The translations under genes were made by a program, and so were the position numbers. The notes under the pieces are model-generated. The model had not been told where the DNA came from. It ran no database searches and saw nothing but the letters and a program-made list of their open reading frames with translations. A DNA stretch of 64,000 nt from Pristiophorus japonicus. Taxonomy: Eukaryota. Positions within the stretch are counted from its first letter, which is position 1; each line of letters opens with the position of its first letter. Shown piece by piece: positions 1 to 12,224 of this stretch. The stretch lies in assembly GCF_044704955.1 (NCBI RefSeq), contig NC_091979.1, positions 271,250,001 through 271,314,000 of the forward strand. Reading direction: 5' to 3'.

Positions 1-87
1 ACGATAAGGAATCATTACATTCAGAAAAATGTTGATTGTGGTGACAGAAGTGAATATGTGCATGCAGGATTTTGTGCCATTTCACAA

Positions 88-710
88 ATCATCATCATAG
101 GCAGTTCCTCGGAATCAAGGAAGACTTGCTTCCACTCTTAAAATGAGTCCTTAGGTGGCTGAACAGTCCAAAACGAGAACTACAGTCCTTGTCACAGGTG
201 GGACAGATAGTCGTTGAGGGAAAGGGTGGGTGGGACAGGTTTGCCGCACGCTCTTTCTGCTGCCTGCGCTTGATTGCTGCATGCTCTCGGTGATGAAACT
301 CGAGGTGCTCAGCGCTCTCCCGGATATACTTCCTCCACTTAAGGCGATCTTTGGCCAGGGACTCCCAGGTGTCATTGGGGATGTTGCACTTTTTCAGGGA
401 GGCTTTGAAGGTGTCCTTGTAACGTTTCCTCTGCTCACTTTTGGCTCATTTGCCATGAAGGAGTTCCGAGTAGAGCGCTTGCTTTGGGAGTCTTGTGTCT
501 GGCATGCGAACGATGAGGCCTACCCAGCAGAGCTGATCAAGTGTGGTCAGTGCTTCAATGCTGGGGATGTTGGAATGGTCAAGGACGTTAATGTTGGTGC
601 TTCTGTCTTACCAGGGCATTTGTAGGATCTTGCAGAGGCATCGTTAGTAGTATTTCTCCAGCGACTTGAGGTGTCTACTGTACATGGTCCATGTCTCTGA
701 GCCATACAGC
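88..710 (-). mobile_element. RTE-clade (BovB-like) LINE, 3' fragment
   Basis: Minus strand encodes degenerate RTE RT C-terminal peptides and ends in GGAACTGCCTATGATGATGAT, a (TGA)n tail. It is homologous to the plus-strand copy at 16852-17570. Confidence 0.85.
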
Positions 711-1090
711 GTTGCTATTTGCATATTACCATGTCACAGACTTTTCCTTATTTATATTAGTTTGAGAAGTGTTTGAGAAGTGTGAAAGTATCATTAATAT
801 CAGGTGTGTTGTGATTAGCTGAGTTCCCATGACCAAACATTGAATCATCTATTTGAAAATTATGCACAACTTTCATTTTCTTAGCACTTTAAAATAATGA
901 CTGAAAAAAGTTATTAACCCATTTTCAAACAAAGCAGAAAATTTAGTTCCATATTACTATATCTGCTGCCTGTGTGGCACTGGCCATAGATTCCACCAAT
1001 GAGTTGTTTGTACCACACTTCTCTTCCCTGCAATTCTAGATACTGTTTCCAATGTTGTTTACCACTTTTCAAGTATATTTTCCATCTATA

Positions 1091-1681
1091 GGGCTGGATT
1101 TTCGGGTTTCTCCGTTTTTGGGCGAAAACGTAAGCGATATGTGAAAATTACCATTTTTGCTGCGTTTCCGATTTAAGGCCCAACTTTTGGCACTTGGGGT
1201 CTGTGCAAAGGGAGGCATTGCACTATTATTCGGGGCGCAAAACACGATCCTCGCCAACTTCAGTGCGGGGCCAGGAGCGCTGAGAGAGAGGCCTTGGGAA
1301 GGGCGGGAAAAAAAAAATCAAAAAAATATTTAAAAAAACATTACCAAGACCCTTACCTATCAAATTACTGCAAAAAAAATTAAAAACTTTAATTTACCTT
1401 TTTTTCAGGTTTTTCAACTTACTGCTGCTGGCAGGGCTGCACCGCTGGGTTTTACCTGGCCGTCTTCGGGGCGCGGCGTACGGGTCAAGTGAGTGCCGAA
1501 ACTCGGACGGTAATGCAATCCGCGTCATTACACGTCCGGCGCAACTCTCCCCGGCGGTGCTTCTAAACGCCGCTGCAAACAAGGAACCGAGAATCACGAC
1601 TGGGGTTAGAGACCGGGTTTTTGCCATGGAGGGTCAAAACATGGCGAATACCCAGTTGCAAACCACCCGAAAATCCAACCG
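1091..1681. mobile_element. Non-autonomous DNA transposon (MITE) with TIRs, probably PIF/Harbinger-type
   Basis: Left end GGGCTGGATTTTCGGGT (1091-1107) matches the reverse complement of the right end ACCCGAAAATCCAACC (1665-1680). Interior is CpG-rich and non-coding. Confidence 0.75.
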
Positions 1682-1977
1682 AATGGATGTGGTGTCTTTG
1701 AAATTTGAGAAAAATAGCTTAGAATGCATCTATTTTATTAGTTGCTATTGTATTGGTTACTACCCATTAATAAAACACCTCCCAGATATAAACGAGTGGG
1801 TTTGGTTCAGGTGGTATGTAAACATGTTAAAAACCTCAAATCTAACCTGAACCCACCTCCAGCCTGCCCACTTCTGGTTTTAACGGAGGATGGACAGAGG
1901 GCAGGTGACCAATCCACTTCCAGGAGGCAGGTTGGTCATTTAAATATTATAATGAGGCTGCGTGCCTCAGATTTAAC

Positions 1978-2124
1978 ATAGAAACATAGAAAATAGGTGC
2001 AGGAGTAGGCCATTTGGCCCTTTGAGCCTGCATCACCATTCAATAAGATCATGGCTGATCATTCACCTCAGTATCCCTTTCCTGCTTTCTCTCCATACCC
2101 CTTGATCCCTTTAGCCATAAGGGC
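1978..2124 (-). mobile_element. CR1 LINE 3' end (last RT codons, 3'UTR, (TTTCTATG)n tail)
   Basis: Plus strand reads AACATAGAAACATAGAAAATAGGTGCAGGAGTAGGCCATT, the reverse complement of the CR1 3'UTR and octamer tail seen at 10203-10274. Confidence 0.85.
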
Positions 2125-2825
2125 TAAAGTTAGTTTGCAGTTGCAGCAGGTAATCAGGAAGGCGAATGGAATGTTGGCCTTCATTGCGAGAGGGATGGAG
2201 TACAAAAGCAGGGAGGTCCTGCTGCAACTGTATAGGGTATTGGTGAGGCCGCACCTGGAGTACTGCGTGCAGTTTTGGTCACCTTACTTAAGGAAGGATA
2301 TACTAGCCTTGGAGGGGGTACAGAGACGATTCACTAGGCTGATTCCGGAGATGAGGGGGTTACCTCATGATGATAGATTGAGTAGACTGGGTCTTTACTC
2401 GTTGGAGTTCAGAAGGATGAGGGGTGATCTTATAGAAACATTTAAAATAATGAAAGAGATAGACAAGATAGAGGCAGAGAGGTTGTTTCCACTGGTCGGG
2501 GAGACTAGAACTAGGGGGCACAGCCTCAAAATACGGGGGAGCCAATTTAAAACAGAGTTGAGAAGGAATTTCTTCTTCCAGAGGGTTGTGAATCTGTGGA
2601 ATTCTCTGCCCAAGGAAGCAGTTGAGGCTAGCTCATTGAATGTATTCAAGTCACAGATAGATAGATTTTTAACCAATAAGGGAATTAAGGGTTATGGGGA
2701 GCGGGCAGGTAAGTGGAGCTGAGTCCACGGCCAGATCAGCCATGATCTTTTTGAATGGCGGAGCAGGCTCGAGGGGCTAGATGGCCTACTCCTGTTCCTA
2801 ATTCTTATGTTCTTATGTTCTTATG
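2125..2825 (+). mobile_element. CR1 LINE, 5'-truncated 3' fragment (RT C-terminus, (TTCTTATG)n tail)
   Basis: ORF 2051-2722 contains LVRPHLEYCVQFWSP...RTRGHSLK...RVVNLWNSLP...GERAGKWS. Tail TTCTTATG x3 at ~2802-2825. Confidence 0.93.
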
Positions 2826-2829
2826 TATA

Positions 2830-4564
2830 TGTTCACTACTACTGTTTGTTGGCCTGTACACAACTCCCACTAGCGTTTTCTGCCCTTTGGTATTCCGCAG
2901 CTCTACCCATACAGATTCCACATCATCCAAGCTACTGTCCTTCCTTACAATGGCGTTAATTTCCTCTTTAACCAGCAACGCTACCCCACCTCCTTTTCCT
3001 TTCTGTCTATCCTTCCTAAATGTTGAATACCCCTGGATGTTGAGTTCCCAGCCTTGGTCACCCTGGAACCATGTCTCCGTAATCCCAATTATATCATATT
3101 CGTTAATAGATGTCTGTGCAGTTAATTGGTTCACCTTATTACGAATACTCCTCGCATTGAGGCACAGAGCCTTCAGGCTTGTCTTGTTAACATACTTTGC
3201 CCCTGTAGAATTTTGCTGTAATGTGGCCCTTTTTGATTTTTGCCTTGGGTTTCTCTGCCCTTGACTTTTACTTTTCTTCTTTCTATCTTTTGCTTCTGCC
3301 ACCATTTTACTTCCCTCTGTCTCCCTGCATAAGTTCCCATCCCCCTGCTTTATTAATTTAACTCCTCCCCAATAGCACTAGCAAACACTCCCTCTAGGAC
3401 ATTGGTTCCGGTCCTGCCCAGGTGCAGACCATGCGGTTTGTACTGGTCCCACCTCCTCCAGAACTGGTTCCAATGTCCCAGGAATTTGAATCCCTCCCTT
3501 CTACACCACTCCTCAAGCCACGTATACATCTTAGCTATCCTGCCATTCCTAATCTGACTAGCACATGGCACTGGTAGCAATCCTGAGATTACAAGCTTTG
3601 AGGTCCTGCTTTTTAATTTAACTCATAGCTCCCTAAATTCAGCTTGTAGGACCTCATCCCGTTTTTTACCTATATCGTTGGTACCTATATGCACCATAAC
3701 AACTGGCTGTTCACCCTCCCCCTCCAAAATGTCCTGCAGCCGCTCCGAGACATCCTTGACCCTTGCACCAGGGAGGCAACATACCATCCTGGAGTCTCGA
3801 TTGCGGCCGCAGAAACGCCTATCTATTCCCCTTACAATAGAATCCCCTACCAGTATAGCTCTCCCTCTCTTTTTCCTGCTCTACTATGCAGCAGAGCCAC
3901 CTATGTTCCCATAAATTTGAGTCATCCCCCCCAATAGCACCCAAGGCGATGTATCTGTTTTGGAGGGGGATGACCGCAGGGGACCCTTACACTACATTCC
4001 TTCCACTGCTCTGCCTGATGTTCACCCATTCCCTATCTGCCTGAGTAACCTTTACCTGCGGTGTGACCAAGTCACTTAACGTGCTATTCACGACATCCTC
4101 AGCATCGCGGCTGCTCCAGAGTGAATCCATGCGCAGCTCCAGTGCCTCAATGCGGCCTGTCAGGAGCTGCAGCAGGATGCAGTTCCTGCACATGTGGTCA
4201 TCAGGGACACCGGAAACGTCCCTGGCTTCTCACAACGCACAGGAGGAGCATGACATGGTTCTGGGCTTTCCTGCCATGACTTAACCCTTAAATTACTTAA
4301 TTTGGCAATAATGTCAAAGATTACCTACTGATAAGGAAATAAAAGAAGAAAAAAAAGATTAAATACTCACCAATCCACCAGCCAATCATTTACCCACTTG
4401 GCTGTGACGTCACCCTTCGATTTCTTTCCACTTTTTTGTTTTACCTTCAGCCTCTGCATTAGCTAGCCTCTTCCCGACTGCCGCTGCTCCAAACTGCCGC
4501 CGCCCTGAGTACTCCCGCACTGCTCCTCTTGCGATGCTAGCCTCCTCCTGACTGCCGCTGCTCC
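2830..4564 (-). mobile_element. CR1 LINE 5' portion: 5'UTR, degenerate ORF1 (Cys-rich/zipper region plus SGNH esterase) and start of the ORF2 AP endonuclease
   Basis: ORF1 ATG at 4277 (MAGKPRTMSCSSC, internal stop), CRNC...LELRMDSL, and esterase motif WCRREGFKFLGHW...HGLHL. APE motifs LNARSIRNK, IGITETW, GGGVALLVKE and VGVVYRP at 2830-3200. Confidence 0.9.
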
Positions 4565-5180
4565 ATTTAACCTGCATTTTAAATTTCACACTGGCTGGCC
4601 GGGTTTCCTGGGCCTCGGGAAACCTGGCAGCTAAAGGGTGATGAGGACAGCTGGATCCAGCAGGTAAGTACCTTTCAAGTGACTTTCCACTTATATGCTG
4701 CATCCAACTTACCTACTTCAGCTGCACACCCTATCTCACCACCCCTCACCCCCCGGCTGCTCCAACCCTTATATCGATCCACAGCCCCCAATGTCTCCGA
4801 CTCGCAGATTTCTACAACTCTCCGATAACTCCAGCCCTCCAATATTTCTCTGACCCTCCGATGTCTCCAACCTCCCGATGTTTTCGACCTCCCGCCCCTC
4901 CCCCCCAATGTCTCCGACTCCCTGATGCCTCTGAGCATCACCACCCCCGCAATCTTTCCTAACCTCTGATCTATCCATGGCCCTTGACCCACAATCTCTC
5001 CTTCCCTCCTCTCCGCTCCCCAACTGTGGCATGCTGCCACAGGCCTGCCGGCCTGACAGCCAGCTACAGCTGGGAAATGGGGGCAAAAAATGTTAATCAG
5101 GCCCTGCCACGCGAAACAGACCCTGCTCCCTCCATGCCTCAAAATTAATATCAGGGCCATAGCTTCTGTTTAAACCTCAC

Positions 5181-5364
5181 GGGGGTACTTTTAACTTTAG
5201 CCAATGGTGTAAAACGAGCAATATCGAATTAACTGTCCATTATACACCTTGCCCAATTTTTCTTCACATTTAAGTCAATGGAAGGGAACGTCAGGCGTGA
5301 TGTACAATCAGTGGCCAATTCGATATCGCCCATTTTACACCTTTTGCCAAAGTTAAAATCCCCC
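5181..5364. mobile_element. Short fold-back MITE with ~48-bp TIRs
   Basis: Left arm GGGGGTACTTTTAACTTTAGCCAATGGTGTAAAACGAGCAATATCGAATT versus right-arm reverse complement GGGGGATTTTAACTTTGGCAAAAGGTGTAAAATGGGCGATATCGAATT. TCAC lies on both flanks. Confidence 0.8.
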
Positions 5365-5409
5365 TCACCCCCCCCCCCCCCACCCCCCCCATCTAGTCAT
5401 TCATACTTT

Positions 5410-5677
5410 GGGGGCGGAATTCGGTTACACCCTGTTTGGGGGCGGTAACCGAGGCGAGGCGGCACTTCCTGCACCCAGCGCAGAAGTCCTACCCCGGCTG
5501 CAAAATTACGGTTATCGCCCCTCACAGGAAGTGGAGTGCAATGTCGCACGCTCCACTTCCTTTTGGGGAGGGTTCGGGGGCGCTACGCGGTCTCTCCGTG
5601 TAGCGCTGACGTGTTTCAACACCCCTCCCCTTCCGGAGGCGCTAACGGGAAGGGCAGAACAGGAGAATTTTGTCCTC
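5410..5677. mobile_element. Probable MITE
   Basis: CpG-rich block bounded by weak TIRs: GGGGCGGAATTC versus reverse complement GAGGACAAAATTC. Confidence 0.5.
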
Positions 5678-5711
5678 AGTTTCTCTGTTACACATTTCAA
5701 GATGTGTTCTG

Positions 5712-6072
5712 TGTCAGCCTCCCCTTGAGTCAGAAGGTTATGGGTTCAGGTCCCACTGCAGAGACTTGAGCACAAAAATCGAGGCCGACACTCCAATGCA
5801 GTATTGAGGGAGAGCTGCACTGCCAGAGGTGCCGTCTTTCGGATAAGATGTTAAACTAAGGCCCCATCTCGGTGAATGTAAAAGTTCCCATGGCATTATC
5901 TGGTCATTATCCCATTGTTTTTTTGTGGGAGCTTGCTATGCACAAATTGGCTGCTGTGTTTCCTACATTACAACAGTGGCTACACTTCAAAAAATGCTTA
6001 AATGGTTGTAAACACTTTGGGACGTCAAGTGGTCATGAAAGGCACTAAATAAATGCAAGTGTTTCTTTCTTT
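5712..6072 (+). mobile_element. tRNA-derived DeuSINE (SacSINE1-like) with L2-type tail
   Basis: Box B-like GGTTCAGGTCCC. Deu-domain-like TTTCGGATAAGATGTTAAACTAAGGCCCC...TCCCATGGCA. 3' end GAAAGGCACTAAATAAATGCAAG followed by (TTTC)n. Confidence 0.75.
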
Positions 6073-6762
6073 CTAGCTGCAGGTTATTGACCATTAAACC
6101 ATTATTTGATGCCGTAAGAATTTTTAGGAACTGGAAAGGACCATCAAGCTCAAACAAGCTTTTTTCATAGATTAACCATATATTTCCCCAAATATTTCTC
6201 ACTCCGGAACTGCATCCAATTGTCTCTTGAACCCATATTATTTAATTAATGGATTAGTTAACGTGAGTTTGTGTTTACCTTTCATAACAGTTTTATTCAC
6301 ATTGCCACTAACATCACCAAGTAGAAGGTAGGAATCTTAGTCCTGAGAAAATAAGTAATTATTGAGGTATTTGCACTTGCTCTGAAAGGCTTACAGTGCT
6401 TCTGGATTATGAATCTTTCACATGTTTGAATGAGCCTCAACAATCATTCTCTGTGCGTTATCCAGGACAGTAATTTAATTATTCTTCTCTCAACTATTTT
6501 CCTACTTCCGTAAATGTGCTCTGGGCCCCAAGCATCTCCAAGGTATTATTAATGCTGGTTTGTACTGGAAGACCTGAAGTAGTTCTACTTCTCTCACCCC
6601 GAATGCAGCACTCTCCTCATGCAACAGGCACTGATGGTATATTTTAGTCACAGCATAGTAGCTTGATTTTTAATGAATGATCTGTTTATTCCTGCTTTAT
6701 AAGTCATGCATCCACAACGCCATGTTTGAAAATTGATTCAATCCAATTGTGTACCTGACTAA

Positions 6763-7765
6763 TCATAGAACATTACAGCACAGAAGGAGGTCATTCAGCC
6801 CATCGTGTCTGTGCTGGCTCTTTGAAAGAGCTATTTGATTAATCCCACTCCCCTGCTCTTTCCCCAAATCTCTGCAATTTTCTCTCCTTCAAGTATTTAT
6901 CCAATTTCCTTTTGAAAGCTACTATTGAATTTGCTTCCACCACCCTTTCAGGCAGTGCATTCCAGATCATCATAACACGCTGTGTAAAAAAATGTCTTCT
7001 CATCTCACGTCTGGCTCTGTTGCCAATTACTTTAAATTGGTGTCCTCTGGTTACTGACCGTTCTGCCAGTGGAAACAGTTTCACCTTATTTACTCTATTA
7101 AAACCCTTCATGATTTTGAACACCTCTATTAAATCTCTCCATAATCTTCTCTCCTCTAAGGAATACAATTCCAGCTTCTCTAGTCTCTCCATGTAACTGA
7201 AGTCTCTCATCCCTGGTAGCATTCTAGTAAATCTCCTCTGCACCTTCTCTAAGGCCTTGATATCCTTCAAAAGGTGGAGTGCCCAGAATTGAACACAATA
7301 CTCCAGATGATCCCTAACCAGTGACTTCATCTGCCATGTGTCTATCCATTTCACTAGTCTATGGCCTCCTGATATCTGTCACTGCTATCTTCATTGTTTA
7401 ATACTTTTTCGATTTTCATATCATTTGCAAACATTGAAATGATGCTCTGTATACCCAAATCCTGGTCATGAATATATATCAAAAAGAGCAGTGGTCCCAA
7501 TCAATGCTCCCACTAAATTGCACGGCCGTGGGAAAGGTCCCACACAGGCCGCTCACCGGCTTCTCCACTGTAAAAACCGCATATGCACGGAAATTTAAAG
7601 GAACTGTGCACTAAAAGAAACAGGCTATGCAGAACAAAGCGCAGCTTACGGGGAACATTGGTCCCAATACTGTTACTTGTGGTATACCACTGTATACTTA
7701 CCTCCACTCTGAAAAACAACCATTCACCACTACTCTCTGCTTTCTGTCTCTTCGCCAATATTGCT
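6763..7765 (-). mobile_element. Older CR1 LINE 3' fragment, internally deleted and interrupted by a hAT MITE
   Basis: ORF 6839-7354 has HLEYCVQFW...RVMMIWNALP...GERAGEWD. Upstream RT segment (RKQRVVVNGCFSEW) resumes at 7661-7765. Confidence 0.85.
7502..7660. mobile_element. hAT-type MITE (159 bp)
   Basis: TIRs CAATGCTCCC and GGGAACATTG. Exact 8-bp target-site duplication GTCCCAAT at 7494-7501 and 7661-7668; an 8-bp TSD is characteristic of hAT elements. Confidence 0.85.
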
Positions 7766-8326
7766 TCACTAATATGTGCGGTAACTTTTTGAACTCTAGC
7801 AGTTACAAAGGACATAATAATTCTCGGCATTTGCCTTCTCTGTATTATGCAAATATCATTATAATACCATCTAGCAGTTCAGTCGAGAGCTGTCTAAATA
7901 TGTCTGTTGGGTAGAACAGAGTTCAAATGTGAGTTGAGATTGGATATGGGAATCCAGTTCACTTTGTTATAAGTTAGGTAATTCAACGTAAGTGTTACTG
8001 TTTTATTTTGTGCTTTTGTTTGTTTTCTTTTTGAGACTGTACACATTGCATATGTGGTTGCTGTTGTAAGCATATTTTGGAATTAGGTTACAAAATACAG
8101 CAAGCCAGTACTTTAGCAACTACAATAAGTAGTACATGCCTCAAATCTGATTGCCTTTAAAGGCGTTACCGAATTTTGACTAAAAACACAAGTGGCAATA
8201 TTTCTTCATGAATTCTTGTAAAGTGAATGTTCCTGAACAGTGGGTGGTTATAAATTAATGTAGAATTAAGAAACAAACTACATTGTGCGATGCAGTGATA
8301 GAGGGCCTTGTTGTATTATTGCACTG

Positions 8327-8890
8327 TGTTATCTCTAGACTTGACTACTCCAATGCAGTCCTGGCTAGCCTTCCATATTCTACCCTACATAAATTGAGGT
8401 GATTCAAAACTCAACTGCCCGTGTCCTAACTCGTACCAAGTCCCGTTCACCCATCAGCCCTGTGCTTGCTGACCTACAATGGCTCCCAGTTAAGCAACAC
8501 CTCAATTTCAAAATTCTCATCCTTGTTTTCAAATCCCTTCATAGCCTTGCCCCTCCCTATCTCTGTAATCTCCTCCAGCCCCAAAAACCCCCAAGATGTC
8601 TGCCCTCTTGAGCCTGATTATAATCGCTCAACCATTGGTGGCCGTGCCTTCTGTTGCCTAGGCCCTAAGCTCTGGAACTCCCAGCCTAAACCTCTCCACT
8701 TCTCTACCTCTCATTCCTCCTTCAAGACGTTCCTTAATACCTACCTCTTTGACCAAGCTTTTGGTCACCTTCCCTAATTTCTCCTTATGCGGCTCGATGT
8801 CAAACTTTTAATCGCATAATATTTCCATGAAGCGCCTTGGGACATTTCACTATGTTAAAGGCGCTATATAAATACAAGTTGTTGTTGTTG
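8327..8890 (+). mobile_element. L2 LINE 3' fragment
   Basis: SRLDYSN, LQWLPVKQ and GGRAF...LWN peptides. Tail AAAGGCGCTATATAAATACAAG(TTG)n. Confidence 0.88.
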
Positions 8891-9116
8891 ATGCTGTGTT
8901 ATGAAGTGGTTGGATACCAACTCATCCCTATGTATCTTCACATAATGATTTCCAGATCTTGGCTGAATCATCAGGTATATATGCCAAGCTTAGGCTCGCA
9001 CTCCCTGCAGGGAAGGCTCTTTTTCGTAATACCCTATGGAGACCTATGGAGACCAAAAACAAACTGCTGGAATCATCCTGGCTAACAATCCTGGTGAAGA
9101 ATAACAGGTGAAGAAT

Positions 9117-10274
9117 AATGTGCAAAGTTAAAGCACATGGGATTGGGGGTAGTGTGCTGACATGGATTGAGAACTGGTTATCAGACAGGAAGCAAAGAGT
9201 AGGAGTAAATGGGTACTTTTCAGAATGGCAGGCAGTGACTAGTGGGGTACCGCAAGGTTCTGTGCTGGGGCCCCAGCTGTTTACATTGTACATTAATGAT
9301 TTAGACGAGGGGATTAAATGTAGTATCTCCAAATTTGCGGATGACACTAAGTTGGGTGGCAGTGTGAGCTGCGAGGAGGATGCTATGAGGCTGCAGAGTG
9401 ACTTGGATAGGTTAGGTGAGTGGGCAAATGCTTGGCAGATGAAGTATAATGTGGATAAATGTGAGGTTATCCACTTTGGTGGTAAAAACAGAGACACAGA
9501 CTATTATCTGAATGGTGACAGATTAGGAAAAGGGGAGGTGCAACGAGACCTGGGTGTCATGGTACATCAGTCATTGAAGGTTGGCATGCAGGTACAGCAG
9601 GCGGTTAAGAAAGCAAATGGCATGTTGGCCTTCATAGCAAGGGGATTTGAGTACAGGGACAGGGAGGTGTTACTACAGTTGTACAGGGCCTTGGTGAGGC
9701 CACACCTGGAGTATTGTGTACAGTTTTGGTCTCCTAACTTGAGGAAGAACATTCTTGCTATTGAGGGAGTGCAGCGAAGGTTCACCAGACTGATTCCCGG
9801 GATGGCGGGACTGACATATCAAGATAGACTGGATCAACTGGGCTTGTATTCACTGGAGTTTAGAAGAATGAGAGGGGATCTCATAGAAACGTTTAAAATT
9901 CTGACGGGATTCGACAGGTTAGATGCAGGAAGAATGTTCCCAATGTTGGGGAAGTCCAGAACCAGGGGTCACAGTCTAAGGATAAAGGGTAAGCCATTTA
10001 GGACCGAGATGAGGAGAAACTTCTTCACCCAGAGAGTGGTGAACCTGTGGAATTCTCTACCACAGAAAGTTGTTGAGGCCAATTCACTAAATATATTCAA
10101 AAAGGAGTTAGATGTAGTCCTTACTACTAAGGGGATCAAGAGGTATGGCGAGAAAGCAGGAATGGGGTACTGAAGTTGCATGTTCAGCCATGAACTCATT
10201 GAATGGCGGTGCAGGCTCGAAGGGCCGAATGGCCTACTCCTGCACCTATTTTCTATGTTTCTATGTTTCTATGT
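9117..10274 (+). mobile_element. Young CR1 LINE, 5'-truncated, with an open RT frame
   Basis: 351-aa ORF 9118-10173 with SGVPQGSVLGP and FADDTK. (TTTCTATG)n tail. Confidence 0.95.
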
Positions 10275-10313
10275 TTTAACACCATGAGCAGAGGCCTCGG
10301 TGCAGCTCAACTA

Positions 10314-11828
10314 CGTGAGGTCTGCGGCAGGGATTGTGGATACATTGATTGTAATTTACCAAAATTCCCTCGATTCTGGGGAGGTCCCAGCAGATTGGAA
10401 AACTGCAAATGTAATGACCCTATTTAAAAAAGAAGGCAACTATACTATAGACCAGTTAGCCTAACATCTGTGGTTGGGAAAATATTGGAGTCCATTATTA
10501 AAGAAGCAGTAGCAGGACATTTAGAAAAGCAAAATTCGGTCAGGCAGAGTCAGCATGGATTTATGAAGGAGAAGTCATGTTTGACAAATTTGCTGGAGTT
10601 CTTTGAGGATGTAACGAACAGGGTGGATAAAGGGGAACCAGTGGATGTGGTATATTTGGACTTCCAGAAGGCATTTGACAAGGTGCCACATAAAAGATTA
10701 CTGCACAAGATAAAAGTTCATGGAGTTGGGGGTAATATATTAGCATGGATAGAGGATTGGCTAACTAACAGAGAACAGAGAGTTGGGATAAATGGTTAAT
10801 TCTCTGGTTGGCAACCAGTAACTAGTGGGGTGCCGCGGGGATCAGGGCTGGGACCCCAACTATTTACAATCTAGATTAACGACTTGGAAGAAGGGACTGA
10901 GTGTAACGTAGCCAAGCTTGCTGATGATGGGAGGAAAAGCAATGTTTGAGGAGGACACAAAAAATCTGCAAAAGGACATAGACAGGCTAAGTGAGTGGGC
11001 AAAAATTTGGCAGATGCAGTATAATGTTGGAAAGTGTGAGGTCATGCACTTTGGCAGAAAAAAATCAAAGAGCAATTTATTATTTAAATGGAGAAAGATT
11101 GCAAAATGCCGCAGTACAGCGGGACCTGGTGGTCCTGGTGCATGAAACACAAAAGGTTAGTATGCAGGTACAGCAGGTGATCAGGAAGGCCAACGGTATC
11201 TTGGAATTTATTGCAAAGGGGATGGAGTACAAAAGCAGGGAAGTCTTGCTACAGCTATATAAGGTATTGGTGAGGCCACACCTGGAATAGTGTGTGCAGT
11301 TTTGGTTTCCATATTTATGAAAGGATATACTTGCTTTGGAGGCAGTTCAGAGAAGGTTCACTTGGTTGATTCCTGGGATGAGAGGGTTGACTTATGAGGA
11401 AAGGCCTCTACTCATTGGAATTCAGAAGAATGAGAGATGATCTTATCGAAACGTATAAGATTATCAGGGCGCTTGACAAGGTGGATGCAGACAGGATGTT
11501 TCCACTGATGGGGGAGACTTGAACTCGAGGGCATAATCTTAAGAATAAGGGGCTGCCCATTTAAAACAGAGATGAGGAAAAATTTCTTCTCTCAGAGGGT
11601 TGTAAATCTGTGGAATTCGCTGCCTCAGATTGCTGTGGAAGCTGGGACATTGAATAAATTTAAAACGGAAATAGATGATTTCTTGAACAATAAGGGGATA
11701 AGGGGTTATGGGGAGTGGGCGGGGAAGTGGAGCTGAGTCCATGATCAGATCAGCCATGATCTTATTGAATGGTGGAGCAGGCTCGAGGGGCCGTATGACC
11801 TACTCCTGTTCCTATTTCTTATGTTCTT
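10314..11828 (+). mobile_element. CR1 LINE RT fragment, frameshifted, TTCTTATG tail
   Basis: QHGF...KSCLTNL, YLDFQKAFDKVPH and LVRPHLE motifs. 3'UTR matches 2723-2825. Confidence 0.92.
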
Positions 11829-11907
11829 CCTCCAACAGTTGCAGGAGTTCAGCCACCAGGCTCATAACTGTGAAGTGGCTAAGCCACTCCCAGTGCAACA
11901 GTTCTCC

Positions 11908-12224
11908 AACTATTTTAAAGTAACTTTCAATCAAGTAGCCCCTTTTTTTTTGAGGGCACCAAAAATCACAAATGAACAATTGAAAATTAAAGGGAATCTT
12001 TTTCAAATCTAATCAAATTAAAATTCTGTTCCCTGTTGAAATGATGCACTCCAGTCCCTCCGGCGCCCACCTCGCGGACACCGCGTGCTCCATCTCCAGG
12101 GACACCCTGGCTCGAATGTAACCTTGGAAGAGAGGCAGGCAGTTGGGCTGAACGACCTTGGCCATGCCCTGGAGCATTCCTACGTGCCTGCTCCCCTCCA
12201 CACAGGATACCCAAAGATCAGGAG
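11908..12224 (-). mobile_element. Tx1/L1-clade non-LTR retrotransposon 3' fragment
   Basis: CLPLFQGYIRARVSLEMEH...WAPEGLECII, homologous to the copies at 32.5 kb and 62.3 kb. Confidence 0.8.

Larger units (their letters stand above)
1779..5158. mobile_element. Probable non-autonomous DNA element split by a CR1 insertion (pieces ~1779-1977 and ~4565-5158)
   Basis: Degenerate TIRs: CTCCCAGATATAAAC versus reverse complement GGCCCTGATATTAAT. ATTTAAC is duplicated at 1971-1977 and 4565-4571 around the CR1. A degenerate CTCCGA-rich tandem repeat lies at ~4780-4960. Confidence 0.45.

Noticed and set aside
9118-10173. 351-aa intact reverse transcriptase ORF as a host gene or retron-like system
   Set aside because: It is the 5'-truncated 3' end of a CR1 LINE with the standard UTR and tail, and several copies occur in the window.
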